Shown here one piece after another: positions 19,216-29,002 of a stretch of DNA of 64,000 nt. Each line of letters opens with the position of its first letter. Positions within the stretch are counted from its first letter, which is position 1. Position numbers and translations under genes: made by a program. This DNA is from Nanobdellota archaeon (GTDB lineage: Archaea > Nanobdellota > Nanobdellia > JAAOXT01), in NCBI GenBank assembly GCA_018221045.1, contig JAAOXT010000004.1, positions 25,117-89,116 of the forward strand. The letters are read 5' to 3'. Below the pieces are notes generated by a model, which made no database searches, was not told where the DNA came from, and saw nothing but the letters and a program-made list of their open reading frames with translations.

Positions 19216-20462
19216 ACTACCAAACCGTCAAAGGCATGAGAGACTTCCTGCCTGAAGAAATGCTGGTCAGGAAAAAGATTTTCGAAACAGCCCAAACAGT
19301 ACTGGAAAAATATGGTTTCGCTCCATTAGACACTCCTGCTTTAGAGTACGAGGAAACCTTAACAGCTAAGAGCGGGGAAGACGTGAAAAAAGAATTATTC
19401 GCTTTCAAAGACAAAGGGGGAAGAAAAGTGGGGTTAAGATTCGACCTCACCGTTCCGACCTCGCGGGTGCTGGCGAACAACCCTCATTTAGTAATGCCTT
19501 TCAAGCGCTACCAATACGGCAAAGCTTGGAGGTATGGTGAGATAAAAAAGGGCAGGTACCGCGAGTTTTACCAGTTCGACATTGACTCTTTCGGCTCGAA
19601 TTCAATGGTGACTGACGCTGAAATCGTGGCCGCCGTCCTTGAGGTTTACAAGAAACTCGGGTTGAACATAATCATGCGCGTCAACAACAGAAAAATCCTT
19701 GCAGACATGATGGACTACGCTGGAATCCCAAAAAAATTGTGGCAGGAAGCGTTTAGAGCAATTGACAAGCTCGATAAAGTGGGGTTAAAAGGTGTGGAAA
19801 AAGAACTGGTTGATAGAGGAATAAGCAAAGAATCCTGCAAAAAAATTATTCGACTAATCGGCACGGACTCTTTGAACAAATTGAAAAAAATTCTCGGGGG
19901 CTGCGAGGGCATTAAAGAACTGGAAGAACTTACCGGTTACTTGAAATCTTTTAACGTAAAGAACTACGTTATTGACGTTTCTCTTGCCCGCGGACTGGAT
20001 TACTACACTGGACCTGTTTTTGAAGCTTCTTGTAAGGATATTAAAGTAAGTGTTGGTGGTGGCGGAAGGTATGATAATCTCATCAAAATTTTATCTGGCA
20101 GGGACGTGCCCGCAACAGGTTTTTCTTTAGGCATTGAACCCATTTTTGAATTGCTCAAATCCAAGTCAAAACAGGCCAGCAGCACCAAAGTTTTTGTGGC
20201 GAGTGTTAAACCCGAGTTCGACAAAAAAGTTGTTGGACTTGCCCAAAAAATGAGGAAGGCTGGAATGAATGTGGAGACCGATTTGATGGGCAGAAGCTTA
20301 AAGAAACAGTTGGATTATGTTTCAAAGAAAGGGATTCCTTTTGTCATAATAATTGGTGAAAAGGAGTTGAAAGAAAAAAAGTTCACTGTTCGGGATATGA
20401 AGACTGGAAAACAGCGAAAAACGGGATTTGAAGAAGTGATGAAACTTTTTGGAAAAGGTTAA
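19212..20462 (+). CDS. hisS: Histidyl-tRNA synthetase
   Basis: KGMRDFLPEEM, RYREFYQFD and GGGGRYDNL class II motifs. Confidence 0.9.
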   Translation: MNYQTVKGMRDFLPEEMLVRKKIFETAQTVLEKYGFAPLDTPALEYEETLTAKSGEDVKKELFAFKDKGGRKVGLRFDLTVPTSRVLANNPHLVMPFKRYQYGKAWRYGEIKKGRYREFYQFDIDSFGSNSMVTDAEIVAAVLEVYKKLGLNIIMRVNNRKILADMMDYAGIPKKLWQEAFRAIDKLDKVGLKGVEKELVDRGISKESCKKIIRLIGTDSLNKLKKILGGCEGIKELEELTGYLKSFNVKNYVIDVSLARGLDYYTGPVFEASCKDIKVSVGGGGRYDNLIKILSGRDVPATGFSLGIEPIFELLKSKSKQASSTKVFVASVKPEFDKKVVGLAQKMRKAGMNVETDLMGRSLKKQLDYVSKKGIPFVIIIGEKELKEKKFTVRDMKTGKQRKTGFEEVMKLFGKG

Positions 20463-20491
20463 AAACCCTTCCTTTCGAGTAATAAATTAAA

Positions 20492-21148
20492 ATGAAGTGT
20501 GTTATTTCGGTTGGGGGTTCACTGCTCGTGCCCAAGGACAAAAACGTTGACGTGAACTACATCAAAAAGTTCACTGCGTTCGCCAAAAACATTAAAGACC
20601 ACTGGATTGTCTGCGGCGGAGGAGCGACCGCCAGAACTTACGCCAAAGCAGCCAAGAACTTAGGAATCAACGATGACGACAGGGACTTATTAGGCATTAT
20701 GTGCACGCACGTCAACGCCATGATATTAACCCTTTACTCAGGGCTGAACGGGGTGGGCTATACTCTAGACGATGTTGAGACCATGAGGGTTTTCGGCGGG
20801 CTAAAAACAGGGCAGACCACTGACGCGAGCGCAGCCGAGATAGCTAAAACCGTGCAAGCAGATTACATTGTTAACCTCACTGACGTGGACGGCGTCTACG
20901 ACAAAAACCCGAAAGAACACGATAATGCCAAAATGTTTAGAAAAATTGGTTGGAAAGAGTTTTTTGAAGTGGCTGAGCGCTCAGGGTTCGGCAAGCACGA
21001 CCCGGGAATGGAATTCGTTTTCGAGCCAAGGGCTGCAAAGATTTGTGAGAAAGCAGGGCTAAAAGTCGTTGTCATTAACGGCCACAAGCTCGACGAACTT
21101 CAAAAATTCATGGAAGGCAAGGATTTCTTAGGAACAATCATTGGCTAA
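20492..21148 (+). CDS. pyrH: Uridylate kinase (archaeal type)
   Basis: Amino-acid-kinase fold (ISVGGSLL...CGGGATAR...VDGVYDKNP). About 220 aa. Confidence 0.8.
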   Translation: MKCVISVGGSLLVPKDKNVDVNYIKKFTAFAKNIKDHWIVCGGGATARTYAKAAKNLGINDDDRDLLGIMCTHVNAMILTLYSGLNGVGYTLDDVETMRVFGGLKTGQTTDASAAEIAKTVQADYIVNLTDVDGVYDKNPKEHDNAKMFRKIGWKEFFEVAERSGFGKHDPGMEFVFEPRAAKICEKAGLKVVVINGHKLDELQKFMEGKDFLGTIIG

Positions 21149-21172
21149 AAAGAAATGGCCTGTTCTTTTTTT

Positions 21173-22021
21173 TTAGGTAAACAGCCTAGCTTGAACAGTC
21201 GGTTTTTCTTTAGTCTTGCTGAACCCCAATAAACTGGCTTTCAACAAGTTAGTGTTTAAAGAATAGCTTGTCCTCCCGCTCTTTAAAAAAATCCACGAGC
21301 CTTTAACCCCAATAATCTTTCCGGAAACAAGTTTCTCATCATAATCCAAAGCGTCAGCGTTGAAGTCAAAACCTGTTTTCTCGTCCACGTTAAGAATTGT
21401 TTTACTGTAAACATGGTCTGGGAACATTTCGTGAACTTTTTCGAGCACAGAACCGATTAATTCAGGTTGCCCTCCCTTAAGCATTAAACTTTTTTTTTGG
21501 CTGGACCTCACAGCAGTCTTAACCCCCAGCTTCTTAGCTATCATGGACTCAATTTTTCTGGCTTCCAAACCGTTGCCCGCTTTCAGAGCTTTAACCGCGC
21601 AGTCAGCTCCCTGCTCCACCCATCTAGTAACCACTCTTTTAGTGCTGCTAACACCTACCTTCAGAATGTCTCCGAAGCTTGCAAGGTAAACCGCGAACTC
21701 GTTATTGAAACAGTAATCCTTTCCTAACTCGCTCATGCACCTCTCGCCAACGCATTTTTTGCACGCGTGACGGTCATCGATTTGCTTGCACTTAAAGCAT
21801 TGCATGCCTTTCTTGATTTGCGTGCTGAAAGGGCAAGGATTATGGTTATAGCCTAAACAATATTTTTCGTTAAGAATCTTGAATCTTAGATTATCTCCTT
21901 TGAGCAGAGGAACTTTTTGATCTTTACCCCCGTTCCTAAGAATCATGTACGGAACTATTTTGTCAACTCTCTTCTTCCATTCCAGACCTGCGAAGAGGTA
22001 GTTCCCGTTCATTGGCTTCAC
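21173..22021 (-). CDS. Cys-rich zinc-ribbon protein, possibly DUF2797-like
   Basis: CFKCKQ...CKKC cluster followed by VYLASFGDILKVGVSS...RWVEQGA. The family assignment is from memory only. Confidence 0.4.
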   Translation of the reverse strand: MKPMNGNYLFAGLEWKKRVDKIVPYMILRNGGKDQKVPLLKGDNLRFKILNEKYCLGYNHNPCPFSTQIKKGMQCFKCKQIDDRHACKKCVGERCMSELGKDYCFNNEFAVYLASFGDILKVGVSSTKRVVTRWVEQGADCAVKALKAGNGLEARKIESMIAKKLGVKTAVRSSQKKSLMLKGGQPELIGSVLEKVHEMFPDHVYSKTILNVDEKTGFDFNADALDYDEKLVSGKIIGVKGSWIFLKSGRTSYSLNTNLLKASLLGFSKTKEKPTVQARLFT

Positions 22022-22054
22022 TAATGAAACCAGTTTTTTATAAGTTTTCTCGTT

Positions 22055-22915
22055 GTGAAAGAGTTAAAAAGAAGTAACTCTAAAATTGGCATCATGTTTG
22101 AATCAATGAGGTTCAACACCATTGACAATCTTTTCGTTCTTTACGGTTTAGACGCGAGTGGTAAAAGCACTCAGGCCAGAATCGTGAAGAAAAAGTTAGA
22201 GGGAAAAGGTTACGAAGTTCATCACATTAAGACTCCTAGCAACGGTGTTTGGGGAACTGTTCAGCGAGGCCTTTTGGTTGGAGGGAGCAAGAAACGCGCG
22301 GCTGTTTTCGGTTTCCTTGATTTTTTGTCCTTAATGCCCGAGTTTGGGAGTGCCAGAAAGACGGATAATGAAGTGAGGAATATTTCGATTGATGACTTGA
22401 CTAATGGTTATTTGGATGACATTTTCAAGAAACTGGAGAAGGCAAACGCGTCCTCAAAAGTTATTTACTTGATGGAGCGTCATCCTTTGTTCGACGCTAT
22501 CACTTATTTTGGCCCTAAATTAAAGAAAAATTGGTATTATCGCGCTTTTTCTTTTTTGTTTCCGAAACCTGGTTTAGCCATCAGAATGAAAACTTCTCCT
22601 GAACAGTCATTTGAAAGAGCAAAGAAAAGGTCTGATGATACTGGCCAGGCGTTGGAGATAACTGAGAATCTTGAAGCATTGGTTGAAGCTGATGATAATC
22701 TTGGCGAGGTCGGGCTTAGAGGGGTTAAATTTACCGATGTTGATACTAGCGATGAAGTTGAAGAAGAGGAATCTGCTGAAGAGATTGTTGAAGTGATTGG
22801 CGAGCACAAAAAGAAAACAGAGAGAAACGTAAAGAAAGGAATAACTAAAACTGTCAGGAAGGCGAAGAAGATTCTAAAAGAAGGTTTGGATTACTTGAGA
22901 AGAGAGGACCAATAA
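22055..22915 (+). CDS. P-loop NMP-kinase-like protein (thymidylate-kinase-related) with an acidic/basic C-terminal tail
   Basis: LYGLDASGKSTQ Walker A resembles the Tmk GIDGAGKST motif. The rest is divergent. The track uses GTG 22055 as the start; ATG 22094 is an alternative. Confidence 0.45.
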   Translation: MKELKRSNSKIGIMFESMRFNTIDNLFVLYGLDASGKSTQARIVKKKLEGKGYEVHHIKTPSNGVWGTVQRGLLVGGSKKRAAVFGFLDFLSLMPEFGSARKTDNEVRNISIDDLTNGYLDDIFKKLEKANASSKVIYLMERHPLFDAITYFGPKLKKNWYYRAFSFLFPKPGLAIRMKTSPEQSFERAKKRSDDTGQALEITENLEALVEADDNLGEVGLRGVKFTDVDTSDEVEEEESAEEIVEVIGEHKKKTERNVKKGITKTVRKAKKILKEGLDYLRREDQ

Positions 22916-22952
22916 AGTTTTTAAAACCGTTGCCCTAATTCTTTGTTCACGC

Positions 22953-23026
22953 GCCTTTGTAGCTCAGCGGTTTAGAGCACCTGCCTCGTAAGCAGGGGGT
23001 CGTGAGTTCAAATCTCACCAAAGGCT
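22953..23026 (+). tRNA. tRNA-Thr (CGU)
   Basis: Hand-folded. Acceptor GCCTTTG/CAAAGGC. D arm GCTC/GAGC. Anticodon stem CCTGC/GCAGG with loop CTCGTAA. T arm GTGAG-TTCAAAT-CTCAC. Confidence 0.9.
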
Positions 23027-23430
23027 TAAACCAGTTTTTTTTGTCGCATGCCGTTCAAGAAATGATGTATTGTTAGGGCCGCGCCCGCTTCTTTTAACAA
23101 GATTTTGTAGGGTTTTCCTGAGCTAATCACTTCTTGCAATGGATAAAAGTGCCAGCCGTGCTTCAAAAACTTGATTGCGAAGTACGCTTCGCAGCCCGCC
23201 CTATCCCTAAAACTTTTGAGTGTTTGCACGTCCCCTTCCGTCAAATAAATGAATGGTTGTTTGCGCATCTTGCACTCAATAGCCAAAACCATGTCATCTT
23301 TCATGACTAGCAGGTCTGGCGTGGGGTATTGGGCGGCACCGCTTCCAGCTACTCGCAGGACCGCGAAACCTTTTTCATAAAACTTTTTAGCAAGCTCTCT
23401 TTCAGCGTTGCTTCCTCTTCTCTTACCCAT
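23026..23430 (-). CDS. hjc: Holliday junction resolvase Hjc
   Basis: GSNAERELAKKFYEKGFAVLRVAGS...DLLV...LAIECK matches the archaeal Hjc catalytic pattern. Confidence 0.8.
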   Translation of the reverse strand: MGKRRGSNAERELAKKFYEKGFAVLRVAGSGAAQYPTPDLLVMKDDMVLAIECKMRKQPFIYLTEGDVQTLKSFRDRAGCEAYFAIKFLKHGWHFYPLQEVISSGKPYKILLKEAGAALTIHHFLNGMRQKKLV

Positions 23431-25057
23431 TTTCGGTCACTTCAAAGCAGGTTACCGGCATTTTTAATTGATTGTTCTTAAGAACCGCTGGATGCACTTC
23501 CCCAATTATTCCAACGCTTCTGTTCTTGACAATTATTTCTCCGCAGCGACCTTCTATGAACGCCTTGTTCTTGGACGGTTTCAACGAGTAATTGATTCCT
23601 CGAGATTTCATGAACCAATCCAAATGCTGTTTTATCTCGCTGAAACTTGTTTCTTTGGACGCCACGCACATGCCGGCGCCCGTCTTGGTTTTCGAACCCA
23701 TGTCATTAGATGATGTTCTTATCACTTGACCTACTTCGAAGATTTTTTGAGGGTATTCTGCGTGAGTGTTTTTTGACAGCGTGTTGACGAGTCCTGGCAG
23801 TAAAGCGTTGCGCGCGCAAGTGTAGGATTCGTTCACAGGGTTTTCTATTTCTATGAACTTGCTTTTTTTCGCGTTCATTTTTTCGAATAGTTTTTCCGTG
23901 TTTGTGAGAACCATGTTCCTGATTTCTTGGCAGCCCATGCTCGTGAAAAGTTTTCTGAGCAGTCTTTCCTGCTTGGTCTTCTTACTGACTCCTCCTACAG
24001 TGAACGCTTTTGGCATTTCAGGCTCTATTTTATCGTAACCGAACGCTATCGCCACGTCTTCAGTGACGTCCACTGGGTGGATAACGTCAACCCTGTAACT
24101 CGATACTTGCACGTCTATGATTTTTCCTCTGCTGAACGCGTTGTACCTCATTTTTCTGAGAAGCTCAACTATTTCTTCAGGTTCTAGTTCAAGCCCCAGT
24201 TCTTTGTTGATTTCTTCTGGTTTTACTCGCAGTGACGTGTTTTCGAAGACTGGAGTAATGCTTCTCCTGTTGCTGTACTTGATGGTCACGTCGTACAAGG
24301 TTCCCCCCCTGTCGAATAAAGAAGTGGTTATTAAGGTTAGAACGTTTCTCACTGCTTCCTCATTGGTTCCAGTGACTTCCACTAACAAGTTGGTGTGCTC
24401 TGGCTTGATTTGGCCGAGCTCGTTGGAATTGATTATTGGGGGCATTGACAGGATTTTTCCTGTCGCGTCCGTGAACAAGGGCGGCTTGTCCACTCCTTCT
24501 AGGATGTGAGCGTAGGCCACGCCTTTAGGATGTTTTTTGAGTATTTGTTTTAAACTCATTTTTTGTTTGAACCCTAATGGAACGAATTCGGTGTCTTGGC
24601 TAGCTTCATCGTAGGTTAATGGAAAAGTTAGTGCGTCAAGGTTGTATAAGCCGATGGACGTTTTTTTTCTCGTTCTGCCGTAAGTAGAGTCTATTTTTTC
24701 TTGCTGCTGCATTAGTTGTTTGATTACATGGTTGTTTAGTTCAACTCCTTTGACCACGCACGCAGCAATGTAAGGTCTTACCTTGATTTCGCCAGCGTTT
24801 ATGACATATTTTGATTTTCTTGCCTTGTACCTTTTTATTCCTTCGTCAACGCCTAAGTGTCCTTTTAGTTCGCGGGCAATTCCTTCCACGCTCCATAGGT
24901 CGACGCGGTTAGTGTCGTTTAATTCTAGGGTTATGGTGTCGCCCACTTCTTTTTCCACTTCTGCTTTAATCTTGGAGAAAAGTTCTTCCTTGTTTTCAGG
25001 CAGTTTTTTGCCTATTAGTTGTTCCAAGTCTTTTTTGCTTATCTCGAGGGTCGGCAT
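23423..25057 (-). CDS. pheT: Phenylalanyl-tRNA synthetase beta subunit (archaeal type)
   Basis: MPTLEISKKDLEQLIGKKL B3/4-type N-terminus. 544 aa. Lies downstream of pheS. Confidence 0.9.
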   Translation of the reverse strand: MPTLEISKKDLEQLIGKKLPENKEELFSKIKAEVEKEVGDTITLELNDTNRVDLWSVEGIARELKGHLGVDEGIKRYKARKSKYVINAGEIKVRPYIAACVVKGVELNNHVIKQLMQQQEKIDSTYGRTRKKTSIGLYNLDALTFPLTYDEASQDTEFVPLGFKQKMSLKQILKKHPKGVAYAHILEGVDKPPLFTDATGKILSMPPIINSNELGQIKPEHTNLLVEVTGTNEEAVRNVLTLITTSLFDRGGTLYDVTIKYSNRRSITPVFENTSLRVKPEEINKELGLELEPEEIVELLRKMRYNAFSRGKIIDVQVSSYRVDVIHPVDVTEDVAIAFGYDKIEPEMPKAFTVGGVSKKTKQERLLRKLFTSMGCQEIRNMVLTNTEKLFEKMNAKKSKFIEIENPVNESYTCARNALLPGLVNTLSKNTHAEYPQKIFEVGQVIRTSSNDMGSKTKTGAGMCVASKETSFSEIKQHLDWFMKSRGINYSLKPSKNKAFIEGRCGEIIVKNRSVGIIGEVHPAVLKNNQLKMPVTCFEVTENG

Positions 25058-25059
25058 TT

Positions 25060-26544
25060 CTAGCTTCTCACCTCTCTGCTTCTGAGCCAGTCAAGGTCTT
25101 GCGTGAACAGGTCCCTGATGTCGGATATTCCTTCTTTTATCATGAACAACCTGTCCAAACCCAGGCCCCAAGCTATGACTGGAACTTTTATTCCAAGGGG
25201 TTGAGTGACCTCTGGCCTGAATATTCCTGAGCCTCCGAGCTCTATCCATCCTATGCCAGGCACTTTTGCCATTATTTCCACGCTTGGCTCAGTAAAAGGA
25301 AAATATCCTGGAACGTATTTAACTTGTTTAGCGTTAGCAACTTTTTCGGCGAACATTTTCAGCATGCCTAACAAGGTTTTTAGGTTAAGGTTTTTGTCCA
25401 GCACGATTCCTTCAACTTGGTTGAATTCAATGTTGTGTTTGAAATCTATGACGTCTGGTCTGAAGCATTTAGCCACAGCGAAATACCTGCCCGGAATTTT
25501 TGGCTGGTTCATCATTGTTCTAGCGCTAAGAGCCGTTCCTTGTGAGCGAAACACTAATCTTTTGCACATTTCTTCGCTGAACTTTATTCCCCATCCTTTG
25601 GAACCAGTTGTCCAGCCGTCCTGATGAACGGATTTCAAGTTCTTGATATCTGGCAACGTCTTGCAATGTTTTGGTGACTGGGTTAAGAATATGTCATGTA
25701 TTCCTCGAGCGTTATGGTCTTGGGGCATGAACAAAGCGTCGCAATTGTACAAGGATTTCTCGATCAAAGGACCTTCCATTTCTTCAAAACCCATGCTGAC
25801 CAAAGTTTCTTTCAGTTCTTCTATGAACAAAGTGTAAGGATGATTTTTTCCCGCAAAAATTTTTGGGGCTGGAGCACTTATGTCGTAAGCCCTCATCTGA
25901 CGGGTTTTCCACTCACCAGATCGTATGATGTTAGGAGTTAGTTTTTCAATGAACTTTTTCTGGCCAACCATTTTTTTGGCTTTTAAACCTTTTTTGGTTA
26001 GAGTGATTATTTGCTCTGACTCCTCGTTTATGACGAGAATGTCTTTTCTTTTAATCAATGCATCAACAATTTTTTGTTTTTCTTTGTTCAGGGAAGAATA
26101 GTAAACATTATCTAATGTTTTTAATGTTTTTCGAGTTTTTTCAAGTTCTTTTACTTTTTTCTTGTTCAAGATTTTGACTATTCCTTTGTCTATGCTGATA
26201 ACCTTGCCTTTTTTTAGGAATCCTAAAGAGTAATTAAATTCTTCCGCGCTTAACCCCGCTTTTTCTCTAACCTTGTTGAGGTCGTGTTCTCCTGCTTCAA
26301 GGAATCTTTGTTCAGGCAACTCTTCTTTTAAGTATTGTTTGCCGTTAGCGCCCAGCTTAACGATTCTTCTGGTTTTTTTGGTTGTGTCAAGCATTCCTTT
26401 GTATTTCAGCCATTCAACCGCTCTTCGCACTTTGGATTCTTTTAATCCTGTTTTCTCTGTTAGGGTTTTGATCGTGTCTTTGTTTTTAGCATTGCTTAGG
26501 ATTATTCTTTCATCGCTTGATAGGGTTTCCGCGCTTTTCATCAT
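25060..26544 (-). CDS. pheS: Phenylalanyl-tRNA synthetase alpha subunit
   Basis: Class II core (FRPDVIDFKHNIEFNQVEG, GFGLDRL-like WGLGLDRLFM) after winged-helix repeats. Confidence 0.9.
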   Translation of the reverse strand: MMKSAETLSSDERIILSNAKNKDTIKTLTEKTGLKESKVRRAVEWLKYKGMLDTTKKTRRIVKLGANGKQYLKEELPEQRFLEAGEHDLNKVREKAGLSAEEFNYSLGFLKKGKVISIDKGIVKILNKKKVKELEKTRKTLKTLDNVYYSSLNKEKQKIVDALIKRKDILVINEESEQIITLTKKGLKAKKMVGQKKFIEKLTPNIIRSGEWKTRQMRAYDISAPAPKIFAGKNHPYTLFIEELKETLVSMGFEEMEGPLIEKSLYNCDALFMPQDHNARGIHDIFLTQSPKHCKTLPDIKNLKSVHQDGWTTGSKGWGIKFSEEMCKRLVFRSQGTALSARTMMNQPKIPGRYFAVAKCFRPDVIDFKHNIEFNQVEGIVLDKNLNLKTLLGMLKMFAEKVANAKQVKYVPGYFPFTEPSVEIMAKVPGIGWIELGGSGIFRPEVTQPLGIKVPVIAWGLGLDRLFMIKEGISDIRDLFTQDLDWLRSREVRS

Positions 26545-26644
26545 TCTTTTTTAAAGGTAATCATTTTTTTTAAGAGTTTGTTTAATAAAACAGCAATGCT
26601 TTTAAACTATTTCTTCATTTCTTCAAATATAGGGTTAAACGATA

Positions 26645-27511
26645 ATGGGAATTGACGATTTATTTTATAAAACAGGTATTGATTTTATTGACGAGCACTC
26701 TTTGCACTTTTTGAAAGGTTCTTTCACAACACTTTCTTGGAATCATCATAAACCAGATGTCTTGCTTAGAGAAATCGCTGACAAAGCTGTTAGCAATGGT
26801 TCGAGCGTTGCATACATATCCACTCTAAACGAGCCCGAAAAAATTTTAAGGAACGGTGAAGTTTACGGTCAAAAATATTTAAAAGAAGTTGATTTTTATA
26901 GGTTGATGCCTGAAATCAAGAGGGATGATGACAGGTTCGAATCCGTTAATGGTGGTAAATCCATTGATGCTTTAATTAAAGATATTGACGTTGTCATAAT
27001 TGAAGAGTTTTTTCACTTTAACGCTGACCCGAATCTGGGGAGAATTTTGAAACGTGTTAAAAATTATTCTCAACTAAATGACGTGACTTGTTTTGCAGGT
27101 TATTTAATCGACGGCAAAAGCGGGATTTCTAGCGAAACAAGTTTGATAGGCCCGACTTCCAGCATGAAATTAATAACTGATAACCACGTTTTTTTCACGA
27201 ACTTAGGAGGAACTCCTCTATCCTGGACTTCCCGCCCAAGATTAGGTGAAGACGAGGAACTGGATAAAGATTTGTTGTTGCCTGTTTTTGAGTTAAGAGC
27301 TATTTCAATGGAGTGTCCTGATTTCAACTCTGAACCAATCGTGATTAACCTGGCTCCCTCCTATGTGAGGAAGCTACCTGATGATTGGGACATGTACGAA
27401 CCAGCTGTTTTTAAGATGGGTGAAGATGGGGATAATGGTGTCCAAATGATTGTGCCAATAACCCGTGAGAGGATTCCGGAAGAAGGTTTCAGAAACTTTG
27501 CGGGGGGTTAA
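26645..27511 (+). CDS. Hypothetical protein; N-terminus resembles a RecA/KaiC-type domain without a Walker A loop
   Basis: TGIDFIDEHSLHFLKGSFTTLSWNHHKPDV occupies the place of the KaiC/RadB TGIxxLDxxLGGGxxxGxxxxxxGxxGxGKT motif, but no GKT is present. Confidence 0.35.
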   Translation: MGIDDLFYKTGIDFIDEHSLHFLKGSFTTLSWNHHKPDVLLREIADKAVSNGSSVAYISTLNEPEKILRNGEVYGQKYLKEVDFYRLMPEIKRDDDRFESVNGGKSIDALIKDIDVVIIEEFFHFNADPNLGRILKRVKNYSQLNDVTCFAGYLIDGKSGISSETSLIGPTSSMKLITDNHVFFTNLGGTPLSWTSRPRLGEDEELDKDLLLPVFELRAISMECPDFNSEPIVINLAPSYVRKLPDDWDMYEPAVFKMGEDGDNGVQMIVPITRERIPEEGFRNFAGG

Positions 27512-28992
27512 TTCATTAGTCCTGTTATTTTTTGTGCTAGCTCTTTTATCTTAACTCTTTCTTGTTTCATGGAGTCCCTGTCCCTGACGGTTACCGTGTC
27601 GTCTTTCATGGTTTGATAATCAATTGTCACGCAGTAAGGGGTTCCGGACTCGTCCTGCCTCCTGTATCTTCGCCCAATGCTTCCAGAATCGTCATAGAAC
27701 GTTCTGAAAGTTTTTCTGAGCTCCTGATAAACTTGTTCTGCTTTTTCTGGAAGCTTGTCCTTGGATACTAATGGGAAGACCGCGATTTGATAAGGAGCGA
27801 TTAAAGGTTTTAGTTTGAGAACCTTTCTTTCCTTTTCTTCTTTGTAAGCGTCGAGAATGATTGCCAGGATTAATCTTTCAACCCCCATGCTTGGCTCGCA
27901 AGCAACGTAAGGAATTACTCGTTCCCCTGTTTCCTCGTCAAAGTAGGATAGTTTTTTCCCAGAATGTTTTTCGTGCTGGGTCAGGTCGTATTGGGAGCGG
28001 TCGGCGTGTCCTTGAAGCTCTCTCCACTTGCCGAGGTATTTGTAGTCTATGTCCCAGTTGTCGCTCGCGTAATGTGATAGCTCGTCTTTGAGGTGTTGTC
28101 TTATCCTCAGGTTTTCTGGCTTGATTCCCATGTCCAATAACCATTTGTAGTCAAAAGCTATCCAGTACGCCTGCCATTTGTTCTTAATGATTTTTTTTAC
28201 GAATAGTTCTTTGGTTTTGGATTTGAACGTTTTTGGCTTGTTTTTTTTCTGCTCTTTTTCGGGAAGCACGTTCATGCTTAGGTTTTCGACTTGCTTAAAG
28301 TCCGGAACATTGTTCAGTCTTTTCGGGTGGACGAAGAACTCTATTTCCATTTGTTCAAATTCCCTGTCCCTGAAAATGAAGTTGCGCGGGCTTATCTCGT
28401 TCCTGAAAGCTTTTCCAATCTGGGCTATGCCGAACGGGAGTTTAACTCTGGTCGAGTCAAGGACGGGTTTAAAGTCAGCGAAAATGGATTGAGCTGTTTC
28501 GGGGCGCAGGTACGCGGTTGAAGATTCGGTTTCCACGGGTCCTACACTGGTTTTGAACATGAGGTTGAAAACTTTGGTGTTAGATAATTCTCCTTTGCAT
28601 GAAGGACATTTTATGCCTTTGCTTTTGATGTTTTTGTCCAAGGCTTGGGCTTTGAGCCCGTCCGAGGGTTTGCCCGTAGCGTTTTCTACGAGGTTATCCG
28701 CTCTCCAGCGTTTCTTGCATTTCTTGCAGTCCACTAACGGGTCTGTGAACCCATCCACGTGACCGCTTGCTTTCCATACTTTAGGGTGCGTTATTATTGA
28801 GCCATCGATGCCTATAACGTCGTCTCGGTTTTCGACAAAGGTTTTCCACCAAGCGTTAGTAACGTTTCTTTTAATCTGGACTCCGAGCGGCCCCCAATCC
28901 CAGAACCCGTTGTACCCGCCGTAAATGCTTCCTGAAGAGAATATTATTCCTTTTCTTTTGAAAAAACCCGCGACTTCTTCCAGCGTTTTCAT
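27508..28992 (-). CDS. glyS: Glycyl-tRNA synthetase (archaeal/eukaryotic type)
   Basis: FKRKGIIFSSGSIYGGYNGFWDWGPLG and class II motifs. ATG 28992 (MKTLEE) is preferred because ATG 29019 overlaps the upstream gene. Confidence 0.9.
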   Translation of the reverse strand: MKTLEEVAGFFKRKGIIFSSGSIYGGYNGFWDWGPLGVQIKRNVTNAWWKTFVENRDDVIGIDGSIITHPKVWKASGHVDGFTDPLVDCKKCKKRWRADNLVENATGKPSDGLKAQALDKNIKSKGIKCPSCKGELSNTKVFNLMFKTSVGPVETESSTAYLRPETAQSIFADFKPVLDSTRVKLPFGIAQIGKAFRNEISPRNFIFRDREFEQMEIEFFVHPKRLNNVPDFKQVENLSMNVLPEKEQKKNKPKTFKSKTKELFVKKIIKNKWQAYWIAFDYKWLLDMGIKPENLRIRQHLKDELSHYASDNWDIDYKYLGKWRELQGHADRSQYDLTQHEKHSGKKLSYFDEETGERVIPYVACEPSMGVERLILAIILDAYKEEKERKVLKLKPLIAPYQIAVFPLVSKDKLPEKAEQVYQELRKTFRTFYDDSGSIGRRYRRQDESGTPYCVTIDYQTMKDDTVTVRDRDSMKQERVKIKELAQKITGLMN

Positions 28993-29002
28993 GATTTTAT
29001 TG

